DNA of 64,000 nucleotides. Origin: Mytilus edulis. Taxonomy: Eukaryota. Numbering within the stretch: the stretch's first letter is position 1; every line of letters starts with the position of its first letter. Under the pieces are notes generated by a model. That model made no database searches and was not told the DNA's origin. It was given only the letters and a program-made list of their open reading frames with translations. This document shows positions 13,341-27,183 of the stretch, in pieces. The position numbers were made by a program, and so were the translations under genes. The stretch spans positions 59,210,001-59,274,000 of the forward strand of contig NC_092352.1 of assembly GCF_963676685.1 (NCBI RefSeq), in the 5' to 3' direction.

Positions 13341-15106
13341 CCCAAAAGTTCGTATGAGCTTGTACTTACTATTGTTGTCAAGGCCAGCTGTTTCGTCAGC
13401 CAAGGCTGAAATTGTCGTGTTCCCTGCAAGACATGGGTATCGCATTGATTACATGTGTGTTCATGTTATAGTAGACGTAAATGATACGCTTACAAAATGT
13501 ATGGCTTGCATAAGTCATTAAAAATGGTATGTTCATGTTAAACTGTTTTACCTCAAATCCAAACGTTATAACAATCTTATTTCGAAGATGTGAACGCCTT
13601 TTGATCATACTTCTTAATATTAAAAGACTGTTAATCACGTGTTGTATTATACCGTAAAATATTAAACGGCGATTACAAAAAAGGTTACAGATAGTGAAAA
13701 ACAAATTTCATTACTTATTGGTAATTAATGTTCATTACACAAGTACCTCCTTTACAGGTTGTTGCTACAGACTCATTTGTCAAATAAAAGTTAGAATACG
13801 AATAATGTTTTCACAATAATCGCAATAGGTATATCGTTAAATACAGCAAATTGTACTTTTACATATGTACAAAGAGTGCACTTCTTTATAGAACTGAAAC
13901 GTACATGTTGCATACACACAATTAACGTGTAGATAACATGTAAAATCAATTTGTGAGAAACGAAAGAAATATATTCAAATATAACATTATATAACTTTAC
14001 GAAAATGGCGTACAAATCATTTGTAACTGTTTATAAGTATTTGATTTAATTAGATAAAACACAATATGGTGTCAGCTCCCTTTTTTACCACTAGTTTATC
14101 ATTTTCTCAAAGAGACGTCAACACGGCAAACATTACTTCCAAAATAGGTAGAAACAGAAGCTTCTACGTCGAAACTTTGGCGGCGAGAAAAAAATGGGAC
14201 TCAGCCCCCCCCCCTTTTTTTTGAAGTAACGAGGTTGCTCCTTTAAGAAATTCATTTTGGATGATTTGCAGTAGTTTAAATATGTCTCAATTACGCATTA
14301 AAAACGTAGGCTGCATCAGCGTGCTTACAGACGAAGAAAAAGATTTGCGATGTAAAGGATCACTACATTTCTATCTTTTCTGTTTGTTTCAAATGGTATT
14401 TTTTCTCCAAGGAGTATTTGGCAAAGGGAGGGGGTAATGTTTGTTTTATTTCTAATTGTATTTTAACGGATCTGAGATAATACACAAACAAACAATTAAC
14501 CTCACCCTTTTTCAGTAATGCATTTGTGAGTGAATCGTTGTTTAAGTAAAGACCAGTGGCAAATATTTCTGTCAGTGTGTACGTCCAGTCGATTCGAGAA
14601 GACCTTTTCAAATGAATTATATGTTCGGCAATGATGATGGATGAGTCTTGATAAGGGGTTAATATGGCTACGTAAAGTGTGTTTATAACAAATAAATATA
14701 TCCAAGTTTAGACAAATATTTCTGAAAAGAACTTATAAATTATTAATAAGTGTTCTAAGTATCAATTTTATATAAAAATCGTTTCTTTTTTAAATATACA
14801 ATGGAAAATTAAAGTTCTGAATGCCTAGTTTTGTGTACACTTATCGTACACAAGGCCTACATCGACTATCGACTGCATGTAGACAAAACATGATTTTAAC
14901 TACATGTAAACATTGAGTTTTATTAATGGGAACGTAATTATGTTTTGTTTATGTGTGTGTTATAATAACACAACACCGAGTTTAGGTCAATGTGAACACG
15001 GCCTATATAGACGCCCACTACATTGTACATTTGATAATTATAATAAAATAATTTAAACGTTACAACAAGTAAAATGTCACGACTAACAGTAGGTGTGGCA
15101 TTTATG

Positions 15107-15712
15107 TCAATGGGATCTTAATCAAAATACACTAAAAACCAATGAGACACCAAAAGGCGATGAGATCTAACCTAAAGACACTAAAAACAATGAGATTCCA
15201 TCAAAAGACACTACAAACCAATGAGATCCCACCAAAAGACACTAAAAAACAATGAGATTTGACTAAAAGACACAATAAACCAATGAGATCCAACCTAAAG
15301 ACGCTACAAACCAATGAGATACAACCAAAAGACACTCAAATCAATGAGATTTCACCAAAAGACACTAAAAACTAAAGATATCCCACCAAAAGACACTAAA
15401 AACTAAAGATATCCCACCAAAAGACACTCAAACCAATGAGATTCAACCTAGAAACCAAAAAAAGCAATGAGATCTAACCTAAAGACACCAAAACCAATTA
15501 GATCCCACCAAAAGAAACTTAAAACCCATGAGATCCCACCAAAAGACACCACAGACCAATGAGATCCCATCTAAAGACACTACAAACCAATGAGATCCTG
15601 CCTTAAACACCAAAAACCAATAAGATCCCACCAAAAGACACCAATAACCATAGAGATCAAATCTAATTTATAAAAGACACTATAAAGTGAGGGATTCCAT
15701 CAAAAACACACT
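15107..15712 (+). repeat. Degenerate ~30-31 bp minisatellite (CCAATGAGATCCCACCAAAAGACACTAAAAA), roughly 19 units
   Basis: Periodic CAATGAGAT...AAAGACAC visible throughout. Confidence 0.85.
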
Positions 15713-16303
15713 AAAGCTTCCCACTTTCTTCGAAGCGAAGAGATCCATTCTAAAAATTCAAACGAAATCCGGAAAAAAGTTGTAATTGGCATTTGAGTTT
15801 TAAGTACCACGACTCTAAAATAAAGATAACATTTAGGTCAATATGCATGATCGATTGTCGTTAGTTAGCACGTGTTTTTAAACAAGACTATTTGTTTTTT
15901 CTACCTAATACCACATATTATTCAGAATCTTACTTGCATACTTACAGTTTGAAGACATGTTTAACTTAATACATTCACCAATATATGATTTTCCTAAGAA
16001 CATATACAGAAAACCAGACGAATATAACACTATTGTATAAGATGCCATGAGAAACCTACATGTATGTGTGTTATCTAAAATGACATGTGCATGTAGTTAA
16101 CTTTTATTATATTTATCAAATTAAATAAAAATGCATTAACTTTATTACCATTATTAAATACATTACTTGTAATCACATCATGTCTGAGTAAACAAAGAAC
16201 GCTTGTAATTTTATTGAACTTTCCATAAACAGTGTCGTAAAATTTTCTGTCGTTTGACCAATTATTTGGATAATTTAAAAACTTCCTTTTCAGTATTGAA
16301 TTA

Positions 16304-16541
16304 GGGACGACATCAAAAGTTCAATGTAGGATAAAAAACTTAATTCACATAGTTTTTTCGCTGACCCCCCTACCCCCCTTCTTAACTTAATTTGGGAAAA
16401 ATTGATTTACCTATATGGATATATGTAAAATCGATTTTATATGAACAAAACTTTCAGCTATGTTGACCCCCCCCCCCCCTCACACCCCCAAACTATTCGA
16501 TTTAAGTTTTTTATCCTACATCGATCTTTTGATGTCGTCCC
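16304..16541. mobile_element. MITE of PIF/Harbinger (Tourist-like) type
   Basis: ~40-bp imperfect TIRs GGGACGACATCAAAAG..ATGTAGGATAAAAAACTTAA; TTA on both sides (16301-16303, 16542-16544). Confidence 0.8.
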
Positions 16542-17619
16542 TTAACGCAAAAGTTTAATAGAAGAAGCTTAAACATTTTATTGAAAACAGGGTACTACAC
16601 ACAGTTTATTACATTAAAGTTTATTCAAATAAATCTAAAATTTGATTTGGGGTTCAATCGACATTGGTATAACGCTGGATGTCGTTAGCCTCGTTTCAAA
16701 TACATGTAATGTGTAACAATGTCCTACTTGCTTACAAGTTAGAAAATAAAAAGGTGCAACAAAATAATAAGTCCAGAAAAAAAACCTAAAAAAAACATTA
16801 AAATAGAGACGGACGAAAAACCAAAAAATTAACAGACCGCAAACTACTACTCTCTGTCAGATACTTATCGCTGAGCAAGCCTTACACAATACCAATAGCA
16901 TTGTACAATATGCCCGGAAGTTGAAGCAGTTCATGTCCTAATGATTAAGCTGTAAAGGTGTTAAAATTTTGTCATAACGAGATCGCGTAAAGCTCACTGT
17001 TCAATGATTATTTGTTCAATGTTGCAGGTTGTGTGATGGACCTGTAATCGTTCAGATGTTCATCCTTTGGTCCTCTATATATACAGTGGACTAAAAAAAC
17101 CTACTTTTCATTTTTATGACATGAATAAAACTGAAACAGTAAACAATGTCGAATTTAAACTCAATTCATGTCTCACACCAACCAACAATAAAGGCTTTAT
17201 AGACTTGCTTGATATACTCACTGTTTCAGTATTGTGTTATGGTGATAATTCATGAACTATGTAAGGAATGCTGGTTCTCTGGTTTTTTTACTTTTGCGGC
17301 AGTAATATACCATCGCATCAACTGTCGTAGCTAGCTCCTTGTAGTCGCGAAAAGAAATTATGACTTCATGTAGCCGTTTTACAAATAATGTGTTTTTTTT
17401 TTCCATGTTTAGGAAAGCAGGCATCCTGATAAAAAATTCCGCTGTGCATGGTTTTTATCAAGTGTTATAGTTACACGGCGTACGAGCTTTAGTTACTGTT
17501 ACAGCTAAATTACGGTTTATGCGCCATTTATTTTGTTTAACCCACCAAATGTGGCGCCTGTACCAAGTCAGGATATCTTGACCGTGTGTTGTTTAATGAC
17601 AATTGTCATTAGTGTACAT

Positions 17620-18050
17620 ATAAAAAAGAAGATGTGGTATGATTGCTAATGAGACAACTATCCACAAAAGACCAAAATGATACAGACATTAACAACTATA
17701 GGTCACCGTACGGCCTTCAACAATGAGCAAAGCCCATACCGCATAGTCAGCTATAATAGGCCCCGATAAGACAATGTAAAACAATTCAAACAAGAAAACT
17801 AACGGCCTTATTAATGTAAAAAAAATGAACGAAAAACAAATATGTAACACATAAACAAACGACAATCACTGAATTACAGGCTCCTGACTTGGGACAGGCA
17901 CATACATAAATAATGTGGCGGGGTTAAACATGTTAGCTGGATCCCAAACCTCCCCCTAACCTGGTACAGTGGTATAACAGTACAACATAAGAACGAACTA
18001 TACAAATCAGTTGAAAAAGGCTTAACTCATCAGATGGACAAAAATACAAG
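17620..18050 (+). repeat. Well-preserved copy of the abundant interspersed repeat
   Basis: AAAAAGAAGATGTGGTATGATTGCTAATGAGACAAC...GGTCACCGTACGGCCTTCAACAATGAGC...CCTGACTTGGGACAGGCAC; several copies in the window. Confidence 0.75.
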
Positions 18051-19093
18051 TACGTGTGTATTTTTTGGGGAGGAGATGTACATGTGTTTTTGTGTAGTTG
18101 TTTGTTGTTGTGTCCAGTATTTTTGGCAATTCCTGTTATATAACTACTGTATTACATTTTAATCATAGCAAAATGTACAAAATGTACATACATGTGAAAA
18201 GTTTACAATTATGGAAGAATTGAAATCATTTCTGCTGTCATAGAGTTTTTTTAATAACTGACTCAGACTGTCTACTCTCATGTCTAAGGATACTAGATGT
18301 GATAGTGTTGACTGTTTCTCCAAATTTAGACAGTAATCCAACAAACAAAAGACATATAAATACCAACATGCAATCTTCAGCGATTATAATATACTGTGTT
18401 TATGCAAAATGGCAAACTAAATATCGCCTAGTGTCTTTAACGGTAACGGTGAAAAATGTATATCCCGAAGGCATAGTAAATATATAAGAAGGGGAACCAA
18501 TATAGGGAAAACGGTAGTATTACATTTTCCCAGCATTAGGTTGGCAAGACAGGCGAAGGAAGTCAACTTAGGAGCGCTGTGATTGGATGTAAGGGTACAA
18601 TATATTTTTTTCATTTATCTATGGATAACTGCAGGGTGTAAATTTACAATATAAATTTTAAAACCTATTGAAATATTTTCTAGAGAATTATTCGAAAAGG
18701 CTTCCAAATTTCATAAATTTGGTGCAAAATGACGGTTGGCATGGATAACATAAACCAGCTCCGTTGGAAATTGGTCATGATACTATTTGGCTTCAATTTT
18801 TAGAATACAGTAATAAAGTACTAACACCACACATAACTGTTTTATCCAGGTTTTTATTATAAAAACTGGTAAATTTAGAAAATGTAAGTATTGTCGCCTA
18901 TGGCAGAATAAATAGTACCATTTTCCCTATAACCAATATAAGTGCGGAAAAACAAGCAAATACGAATAAGAAGTCTCATAAAAAAAATAGTTAAACCAGT
19001 TGTACGAAAAGGCAAGAATAAGTTGCTTCGATAGCTGCTTTTTTTTTTTATCTGTGGTGCAATCATGAAAAGTTGAAATGTATTAAATTTGAA

Positions 19094-22000
19094 CTATACA
19101 TTTATTTTCTTTTGAAATAAGTCATAATCATCTGATGTCCGTTTTTCTCTACATAATTCATAATTAGCGTGATCTGCTTTTCTTGGTCCGCCATATTGCT
19201 GAGGTGTTACATAGTACACATCTTCAGAATGGCTATACAGATTGTTTTCACTTTTTGCACATTTGTTATAACTTTCACCAGCAATATTGTAGGTGTCTGC
19301 ATTACACGCACTATCACTGTTCGATACACAATTAGGGGCCTCTTTTTCACTGTCGGCTGGTTTTGCAAGTTCATACTGTTGTGGTTCATATGACGTAGTG
19401 TTTGAAATCGGTTTTGCAAGTTCGTAATTTGTCGCGTTTAAATCTTTGGTTTCACAAAAATCGTCACTTTTATATTTATTTTTAGTTGACACTTTTAAAA
19501 TTTTTGACCGATCGGACCCATCATCGGTTGAAGACAAATCGATATAATCTCCGATTTTCATTTCTTTCTTACTAATCGGAGTTTGTTTTACATGAACACG
19601 TGCATTATTCCCAAGGTCAGTAGGACGGTTATTATAGGGAGGTAACTTCGGAGGTTCCAACGAATCGTACACCGTCATATAACTATGTGGTTGATCAAAA
19701 CGAACTTGTGAGAATTCATCATACTGATGATTTCTCCCTTCGCTATAAATTCCTAGAGTGTCGTATTCTTCATTTTCGCCATTGGTTACGGTTGTCAATT
19801 GAGAATCAGTTGAGGTTACATTCCTATGTCCATTATTATTATAATGTTGATCGTATTTTCGTTTATTAAAACATGAAAATCTGTAAAAAAAATATGTAAG
19901 AAATAAAACATGGATTTTCGAAACGAGTTATGAAGTCTCGTATCAAAATCGTAGACTTAAAATGTATCAGCAGATGTTTTACATTGTCAACTACGGCTAC
20001 GGTGCTATCTACAGTACATCAAGAAAACAAACCACTTCCCCATTGCAACGATTGTAAGCTTGAGTTTACTTGTTTTACGTTGTTCTTACTTGTCAGAGTA
20101 CCAAAGTTCTTACACAGAGTACATAACCTGTTGAAAATTATATATTCCGGAATCTAAAATCGGTATCATAAAAAAGCATACATAGTCAGTACTCAGCTAT
20201 TTTTTTTTTTTTTTGGTTATTAGTCAGAGTAAAGGGTACTGATTTCAATTAAGTTTTTGATTTTTTTTTAGTACTCAGCTATTCGCAAGAAGTTACAAAA
20301 TTTCCCTCAGATTTTGTTTTTTTAACTACAGTAGTTCAAAACTAAGGTCAGGGTAAGAATTTTCGATTAGTGTAATATTCGCATGCTTACCTTCTCAGGA
20401 TGACAACACATAATATCAATACCAATAACAGAAATATCAGCCCTCCAACCACGCCTCCAAGAATACCTATAACATGATAACAAAGTTTAATTTAGAACTT
20501 GAACTAATGAATTCCACTTTAGTGTACATTTTTAGATATTGATACATTTACATGTTTTGGGAGATTTTTTATCAGCACTGATGCATGCGCAGTGACACAT
20601 ATTACACTGCATATCTGGATTCTTGACCCGTAAACCACGGCGACATCATGACTAAAGCCATCCCCTCCCACCATCCATTTGTGTTTGTAGAACTTAAACA
20701 TGTCTCCTTATTTTTCAGTGGTAAATTGAAACGTTGCTAAATTCTACATCACTCTGGTGACAATAGTTGTCTCATTGGCAATCATACATGTACCATACTT
20801 TCCATTAAAACACACTCTGTCTACCATTATGTCCATTTCTTTGTTGATTGCTTTTCATTGAAACTGGTTTTTTTTTAATAAACTTCCTAATAATTGTATG
20901 GTTATATCTAGATCATTATATAAAACTTACTAGTGACGATTGGTTGATTTGCAGTACAATCTTACTAGGTCAACAACGTTTCACCTTATATATATATATA
21001 AGCTATCGAGAATTCCCCTATTATTCTATATCAAACCGATGTCAAAAACTAACTTAGTTGAGGTCTGATTTTGATGATATTTTTAATGTTAAACTAATGT
21101 AGAATTATTTTTTTTTTAAAAGTGTTTTTTATGAAATAATAGGAGAATTTTTCAAAAGTGAAACACTGTGACTGTTGACTCAAGACTGTTCATGTACTGT
21201 AACATAAAGACTGTACATGTACTGTAACATAAAGACTGTACATGTACTGTAACATAAAGACTGTACATGTTCTGTAACATAAAGACTGTACATGTAATGT
21301 AACATAAAGACTGTACATGTACTGTAACATAACATAATAAATTAATCATTACATACCAGCTGTTAGAATTTTATCCACTTGAGAAGTTCTGTTTCCATTT
21401 GTACTATTGGTTGGGTATGTAGGTGTTGCTGGAAATGAACATTTATTTTTATTTATTTCAGTTTCAACATTTTGAGTGTACAATTTGCATAATTATATGA
21501 GATTCTGAAATTGGATCCTTCATTTCCTTACTCTTGAACTTGTTAGACCATTTTTGGCTGTTCTTAACTTATTGTTACGAAAAGCACTGTTCTCTATTCT
21601 TTATGTTTTGATGTTATTATTCTTCAGTCTTCAATTTTTATCCTTTATTTCCACACTTTTCACCCCAAGTCTCTTTTCTGTAAACCCTATTCAGATACTT
21701 GGGTATGGAAAATACAAAGGGTACATGTAGCTTTGGTACCAAAAAAATCATGAATAATTCTGGTAACGTTACTCTTTTTTTTTTTCAGAAACGAGTAATA
21801 TTCTGTATCACCTTGTTATATGGCAATTTTCAACCATTGTTTTGAAAGTTTAAAGTCTTACAATGAAATCCTCAATTTGTAATGCGAAACCAGAGACAAG
21901 TAAATTTTGCCATAAATGACCTACATGTATATTATATATATCGTCGAAAGTTTTATCTTTGTTAAAAAAACAAATGACACTACAATAACTATTTTTTGCT

Positions 22001-25000
22001 AGGAAAGGGCTGCTTTTACATCTTTTCTAAATTCAAGTGGGTGAATTGCTGGTCTGACACCATTGTCCTATATTTAGCCCCGTGATGTAATTACCAAAAA
22101 AATAAAACAAACAATGCACTTATTCCGATAAACAAGGATTTTTTAAAAGGTTATCTTTACTGATAACTTTTTAAAACAATCATGTTGAAATGAATTTATG
22201 CGTGTTGTATAACAGAATGCACTTGGCGTTATAGATCTTTAAAGATTTGTAAGTGCATACCGACTACACAAGAGGGTCTGGAAAAGGGGGGGGGTGTCCT
22301 TCAGTTCCGTATTCTGTATTTTTGTTTTTGCCATTTTCTCTACATGTTTTAGACCCTCTGTCATTAGTCTCTATTCTTTTGTTATTTCCCCCCCCCCCCC
22401 CCCTTTCTGTAGTTTTTGAACCTAGTATGTATTTTACTTGTAGATTCGTCTATTATTCGGAGCACCCTTCGAGAGCTGGGAGGGTACAGTGGAATCCATG
22501 TACATTTCCTTTTGGGATTAATGAAGACGTGTCACTAAGTTTAGGTATTTACAACAATATGTAAAAGGCCAATCCCCACCCCCGAGTGCTAGGACATCGA
22601 TAAGTATGTTATATGGGGGAGGAAGTCTATTTATTTTACGAAAGCCACATCCAGACCCTCATATATACATGTATTAACAATAAATAGTGACCACTTGACA
22701 CAAGTACACGCAATAAGGTTGTAAATAAAACAAAAGGAAATAGACACGGGTCATAAATATGTCAAGTATGATATCGCCCTCATACATGTAATCGACCGTT
22801 CTGAATATTTCTTAAGTTTATAGGATATATAAAAAAATAATTGTTGACATGCTTACTTATAAAGTTCATATGGACGTTCATATCATTCAACTTTTTGTTT
22901 ATTATAATTTCTTTTTATTTAGAATGCGCCACACAACACTTGTTACACAGTAATATAAATAATCTTTTAGAAAACAAAATAACCAATATACTAATTTCGC
23001 ATTGTTTTTAAGCATATCTGAATGTCACAGTTCTGAATCTATTTTTCACTGTTTCGGTACAGGTACTCTGAGGGAACCATTACAAAGCAAGGCAAAATGT
23101 TTACCTCCTTAAAAAAAAAAAATTACAAAAAAGAAAAATACCACATTCTGTGTTATTTTCAATTCAAATTGAATTCGTCATCATGGTCATGACTAACAGC
23201 AATATTTGCCACCTTAAGTTCAAACAACAAGGAATAAATTAAGCAATTAAACAAAGCATTATACTTTAGAAAATATAAATTGGTGAGGTATAACGTCATC
23301 GACTCTAACAGTTGTGGTCGCAATAATTATGTTCTTGACTAATAAAAAAATCGACATACCATATTTGTCTTTATCTGTAGTCTCTCTGGTTGCTCTGGTA
23401 CTCGTTTGTATCCTACCTAAGTGATAAATCAAAAATACATAAAAAAAAAATGTTTAGCATTATACCTCAATTTCATATCGACTATAAACTGACACTGAGA
23501 AAAAAATGAATCTTATTGAAAAAAAACCAACCACCATGATGATTATAGTAAATGAAAAAGTATCTTCAAATTCGTTTTTCTATCACCAATTGATATCTAA
23601 AGCAAACACACTTCTGTATGGTGTTGTTTGATGTTCTTAAACATAAAGTAAGTACTATTACTAAATCTCTTTTATTTTGCCGGTACATTTTAATTGCTAC
23701 GTCTTTAATACAACCATAATGTCAGTACAAACTATTGACCAGTCTTAAATCACAAAACCGAAGATGGAATGTCAAATGATTTTTTCTCCTTTTTCTCCAC
23801 TTTGGTTTATAGCTCTTCGTCCTTTTTATAAGCTATGGTTTTCAAGAATTTTGGCATCGAGCATCACTGACGAGAAATTGATTATCGAAATTTGCATCTA
23901 GTGCTGAAAAATTGGTATAGTTTGTTATTATTATGAAGGTGACATATTTACCTTGTGTGGTTTTTGAAAAATATCCTGGAAACCGTGTAGATCTTTTATT
24001 TGCATTGCTTGTGCTAGTTATCTTGACAGTTGTAGTAGAGAAGTCGTCATCTATGTCTAAAGATAATAAAAATATTACTGGGGGATCAAACAAATGTCAA
24101 GGTTAGCAAACATCAAAGATTTCTACATTTCTTTTTATTCAAAGCAACCAAGTCTCAGTAATCGACAAATGGCTAACAGGCAATATTTAGTCCAGAGAAA
24201 CTACATATAGGTATAAATAAAGGCAATATTAGTATTCAGTCATAAATCTATTTAACTTAAACAAATCCGGGTCACAACCAAAACTGAGAGAAACCCTTCA
24301 ACTCTAAGGGAGAAAAACCAGAACAACAGAAACACTGAACTGCTACAAAACAAACGCCAACATATACAAAGAAACGGACTATGTGATAACAACTGCCATA
24401 TTCATGACTTGGTCAATGAATAAAATGTGGGTTGAACCTGGTTTTATGGCTAGCCAAAACTCCCACTTATAATGCAATGTTAAAAATACCGCTAAATTAA
24501 AGTAATAACATTACGCAACAGGAATATACATGTTACAGTAGTACAAATCAATGCAAGAACACTCAGGACAGATAAAAGCATATATAAATGATAAAGTTCA
24601 TTTCAAAATGTAAACCACAGAATAAAGCGAACTCGATGTTCAGAAAGCTTAAATAGTTTTTACTTCGCTTGAACTCATTCTGTAAATATGTTGTGAACGT
24701 AAAGACAAGATAGTATACGGATAATTTTGTAACAACAACTTGGGAGACATTAAAAGGACATGTACTGCCACGGTCTTATCATGAATATACCATCAACCAA
24801 CAATACAAGTACAATGTTGGCTTCTAAAAAATATTTCAAATGAAATGTAAGTGGATTGAATTTCAATAGACTCTGAATATGATTTGTTAGAGTTTGCATG
24901 GACGGAATATCAACACGACTAAAAAAAAAAACAACATAAAAGACACAAAAGGACAAACAACAGTTCACAAAACAAAGCAAAGAAAAGTGATGTGCAAGGT

Positions 25001-27183
25001 ACATGTATTTCCAAAAGAAATTCGTGTACGGGGAAAATGTGACACGATAGAAAAGATTTTGAACAATTGGAAGGGGGCACAATTATCGTCCTTTTGTTTT
25101 AGAGGACCTAGTAGGTTAAGGTTTAGATTAAGGGAGAAATTTGTTTGCGCCAAAATTGCGTCCTTTTGCGCCCAAATTTGTTTCTCCAATGCTAGTAAGT
25201 TTGCGCCACCTGTTTTAAAATTACACTGTATCATTTGCGCCAAAATTAAAACATACAATTGCGCCATTTTAACGTAAAAATACTTCTCTCCTACTTTATC
25301 CGGGCAGTTTACACGGAAAATGTTTCATCTACTGAAACATGTCAACTTCTTACTGCTGATACACAATTTAATGTACAATGTACAATGTATGTAGTAGCTT
25401 GTACAATGTAGCTTCACTATATTGTCCAACAATACAAACATTGAAGGATAGGATGCATAACAGTTTATTGAAATTCTTGTAGAACGCCTCTGCCCCACAT
25501 ATGTACGTCTTGTGGTAGATGGGGTTTCAGCTCATACGGATGGTGGGAACAAAACACTGTCATCAACATATATATGGCTTAAAAATAATCAGTAAAATCG
25601 TTATTTGTTTTCTCTTTTGGGCTTTCTTGTGCATTTTAAGAAATTCTCCTTTTGAAATATCCCCGCACGTGTGATACTTTATAAGCCAAAAACAAGAAAA
25701 ATACATAATAATCCATAATATGAATGATAAATATGTGTAAATTGGCGCAAATGAGTTCTGAATATTGGTGCAATTGATACATTTGCAAAAACAAAAATGG
25801 CGCCAATGATACTCCTGAAAAAAGTAATTGGCGCAAAAGGACTCCTACCTAGATTAAGCAATTATCGCCTGTTATGTGATATTTTACTCGAGGACATTAA
25901 TCGGATTTAACAATGTAAGAATGGACAAGAACAATAATACTTCTCATTTGTTTAATAGGATCCTAGACATAATTAAGTGATTATAGCTTTAAAAGAGACA
26001 TATAAATTAACACTTATATTGTTTGTCTGGTTAATCCTTTAATGTAAAATATCGCCGTGATGATTGCCCCTAAAATTAGAAATTCAAATTTAAACGCAAT
26101 CAATTTGGCATATTCAAAACAAAATCAAGGGTCTTGTGTTTACAGTAGTGGTAATAACGTTCGCTATAAACAACATGTACATTAAAATGTACAAGTCACA
26201 TACGACGAACTTTTTAAAAGGGGTTATCATATACATCTGGTGAAATATTTAGAGAATAACCAAGAAAAATAAAAATGACAGTCACTCTTAAAGTAACTCT
26301 TGAATACTAGTCGTCTATGAACCTGATTTGATTTACTACATGTAGTACCTTTGATAAAGCAGACTTTAAACTCTGCACTGCATTTGTCAGACACCCATAT
26401 TGATCTCGTATTAAATCCATAATTTTCATTTTCTGTACACTTATTTTTCTTTTTCTCTTCTACTATTTCAATGGAGACAATCTTCCCATCTTCTGGTATA
26501 TCTTCAACCACACACGTGACAGGACGTTTATCTCTCTTCGGGTTGCATTCTTCATATTTACATTGTTGTGCTAAAGGGTTTAAAAGCAATACAGTACATA
26601 AGTGCATTGTGTACTGATACACATTATACAAAATAAAAAGTCATGCTTTGATGTCTCTGGTAAACAGTCTTTGCATAACTGACTATGCGGTATTGGCTTT
26701 GCTCATTGTTTAAGGCCGCCTGGTGACCTACAGTTTTAAATTTCTGTGTCATTTTAGTATCTTGTGGAGAGTTGTCTCATTGGAAATTATACCGCATCTT
26801 CTTTTTCTTGTTCTTTGTGTATATTTCAATTTTTATAGTATAGTGTATGCATCAATTTCTATAATTAAAATTTTCAAGATATAATTTGGTTGAAAAATAT
26901 ATTATCATAAAGATAAGAAAATGTGGTACAAATGTATGATTGCCAGTGAGACAACTATCTACCAGGGACCCGCATATATATTTTTAAAAGTGCAATCATT
27001 CGGCATATTTTCATACTATTTATATATAATTACAAATATGTACTTTAATCTTGAAATGTATTACTACGTTGTAGCTATACCTAGTAGTAATTAATTTCCT
27101 TTCGAATATTTAAAACTGCAAGACTTACCGCCATCACAATAGATTAAAACACAAATGCCTACGAAAATCCGAAATATCTCCAT
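19094..27183 (-). CDS. Gene C: type I receptor with signal peptide, ADEL/DUF3011-like lectin domain, Ser/Thr stalk, TM and multi-tyrosine tail (457 aa as modelled)
   Basis: Seven in-frame GT-AG exons: 27183-27129 (MEIFRIFVGICVLIYCDG); 26570-26349 (QQCKYEECNP...KCTENENYGFNTRSIWVSDKCSAEFKVCFIK); stalk exons 24056-23952, 23416-23360, 21428-21357; TM 20466-20391 (ILGGVVGGLIFLLLVLILCVVILRR); tail 19880-19094. Total 1374 nt, no internal stop. Confidence 0.8.
21184..21331 (+). repeat. 25-bp tandem repeat (GACTGTACATGTACTGTAACATAAA), about 6 units, in a gene C intron
   Basis: 25-bp period seen directly. Confidence 0.9.
25135..25850. mobile_element. Probable non-autonomous transposon with oppositely oriented TTGCGCC/TGGCGC motifs, in a gene C intron
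   Basis: Five TTGCGCC motifs at 25144-25266 and TGGCGC motifs at 25743-25836. Confidence 0.5.

Noticed and set aside
14502-14705. Possible gene B ectodomain exon ending at a GTGAG donor
   Set aside because: No recognisable domain or good acceptor; GAAATATTTGCCACTGG resembles a SINE tail remnant.
15107-15712. CRISPR-like array
   Set aside because: Contiguous degenerate units without unique spacers, in a eukaryotic context with no cas genes.
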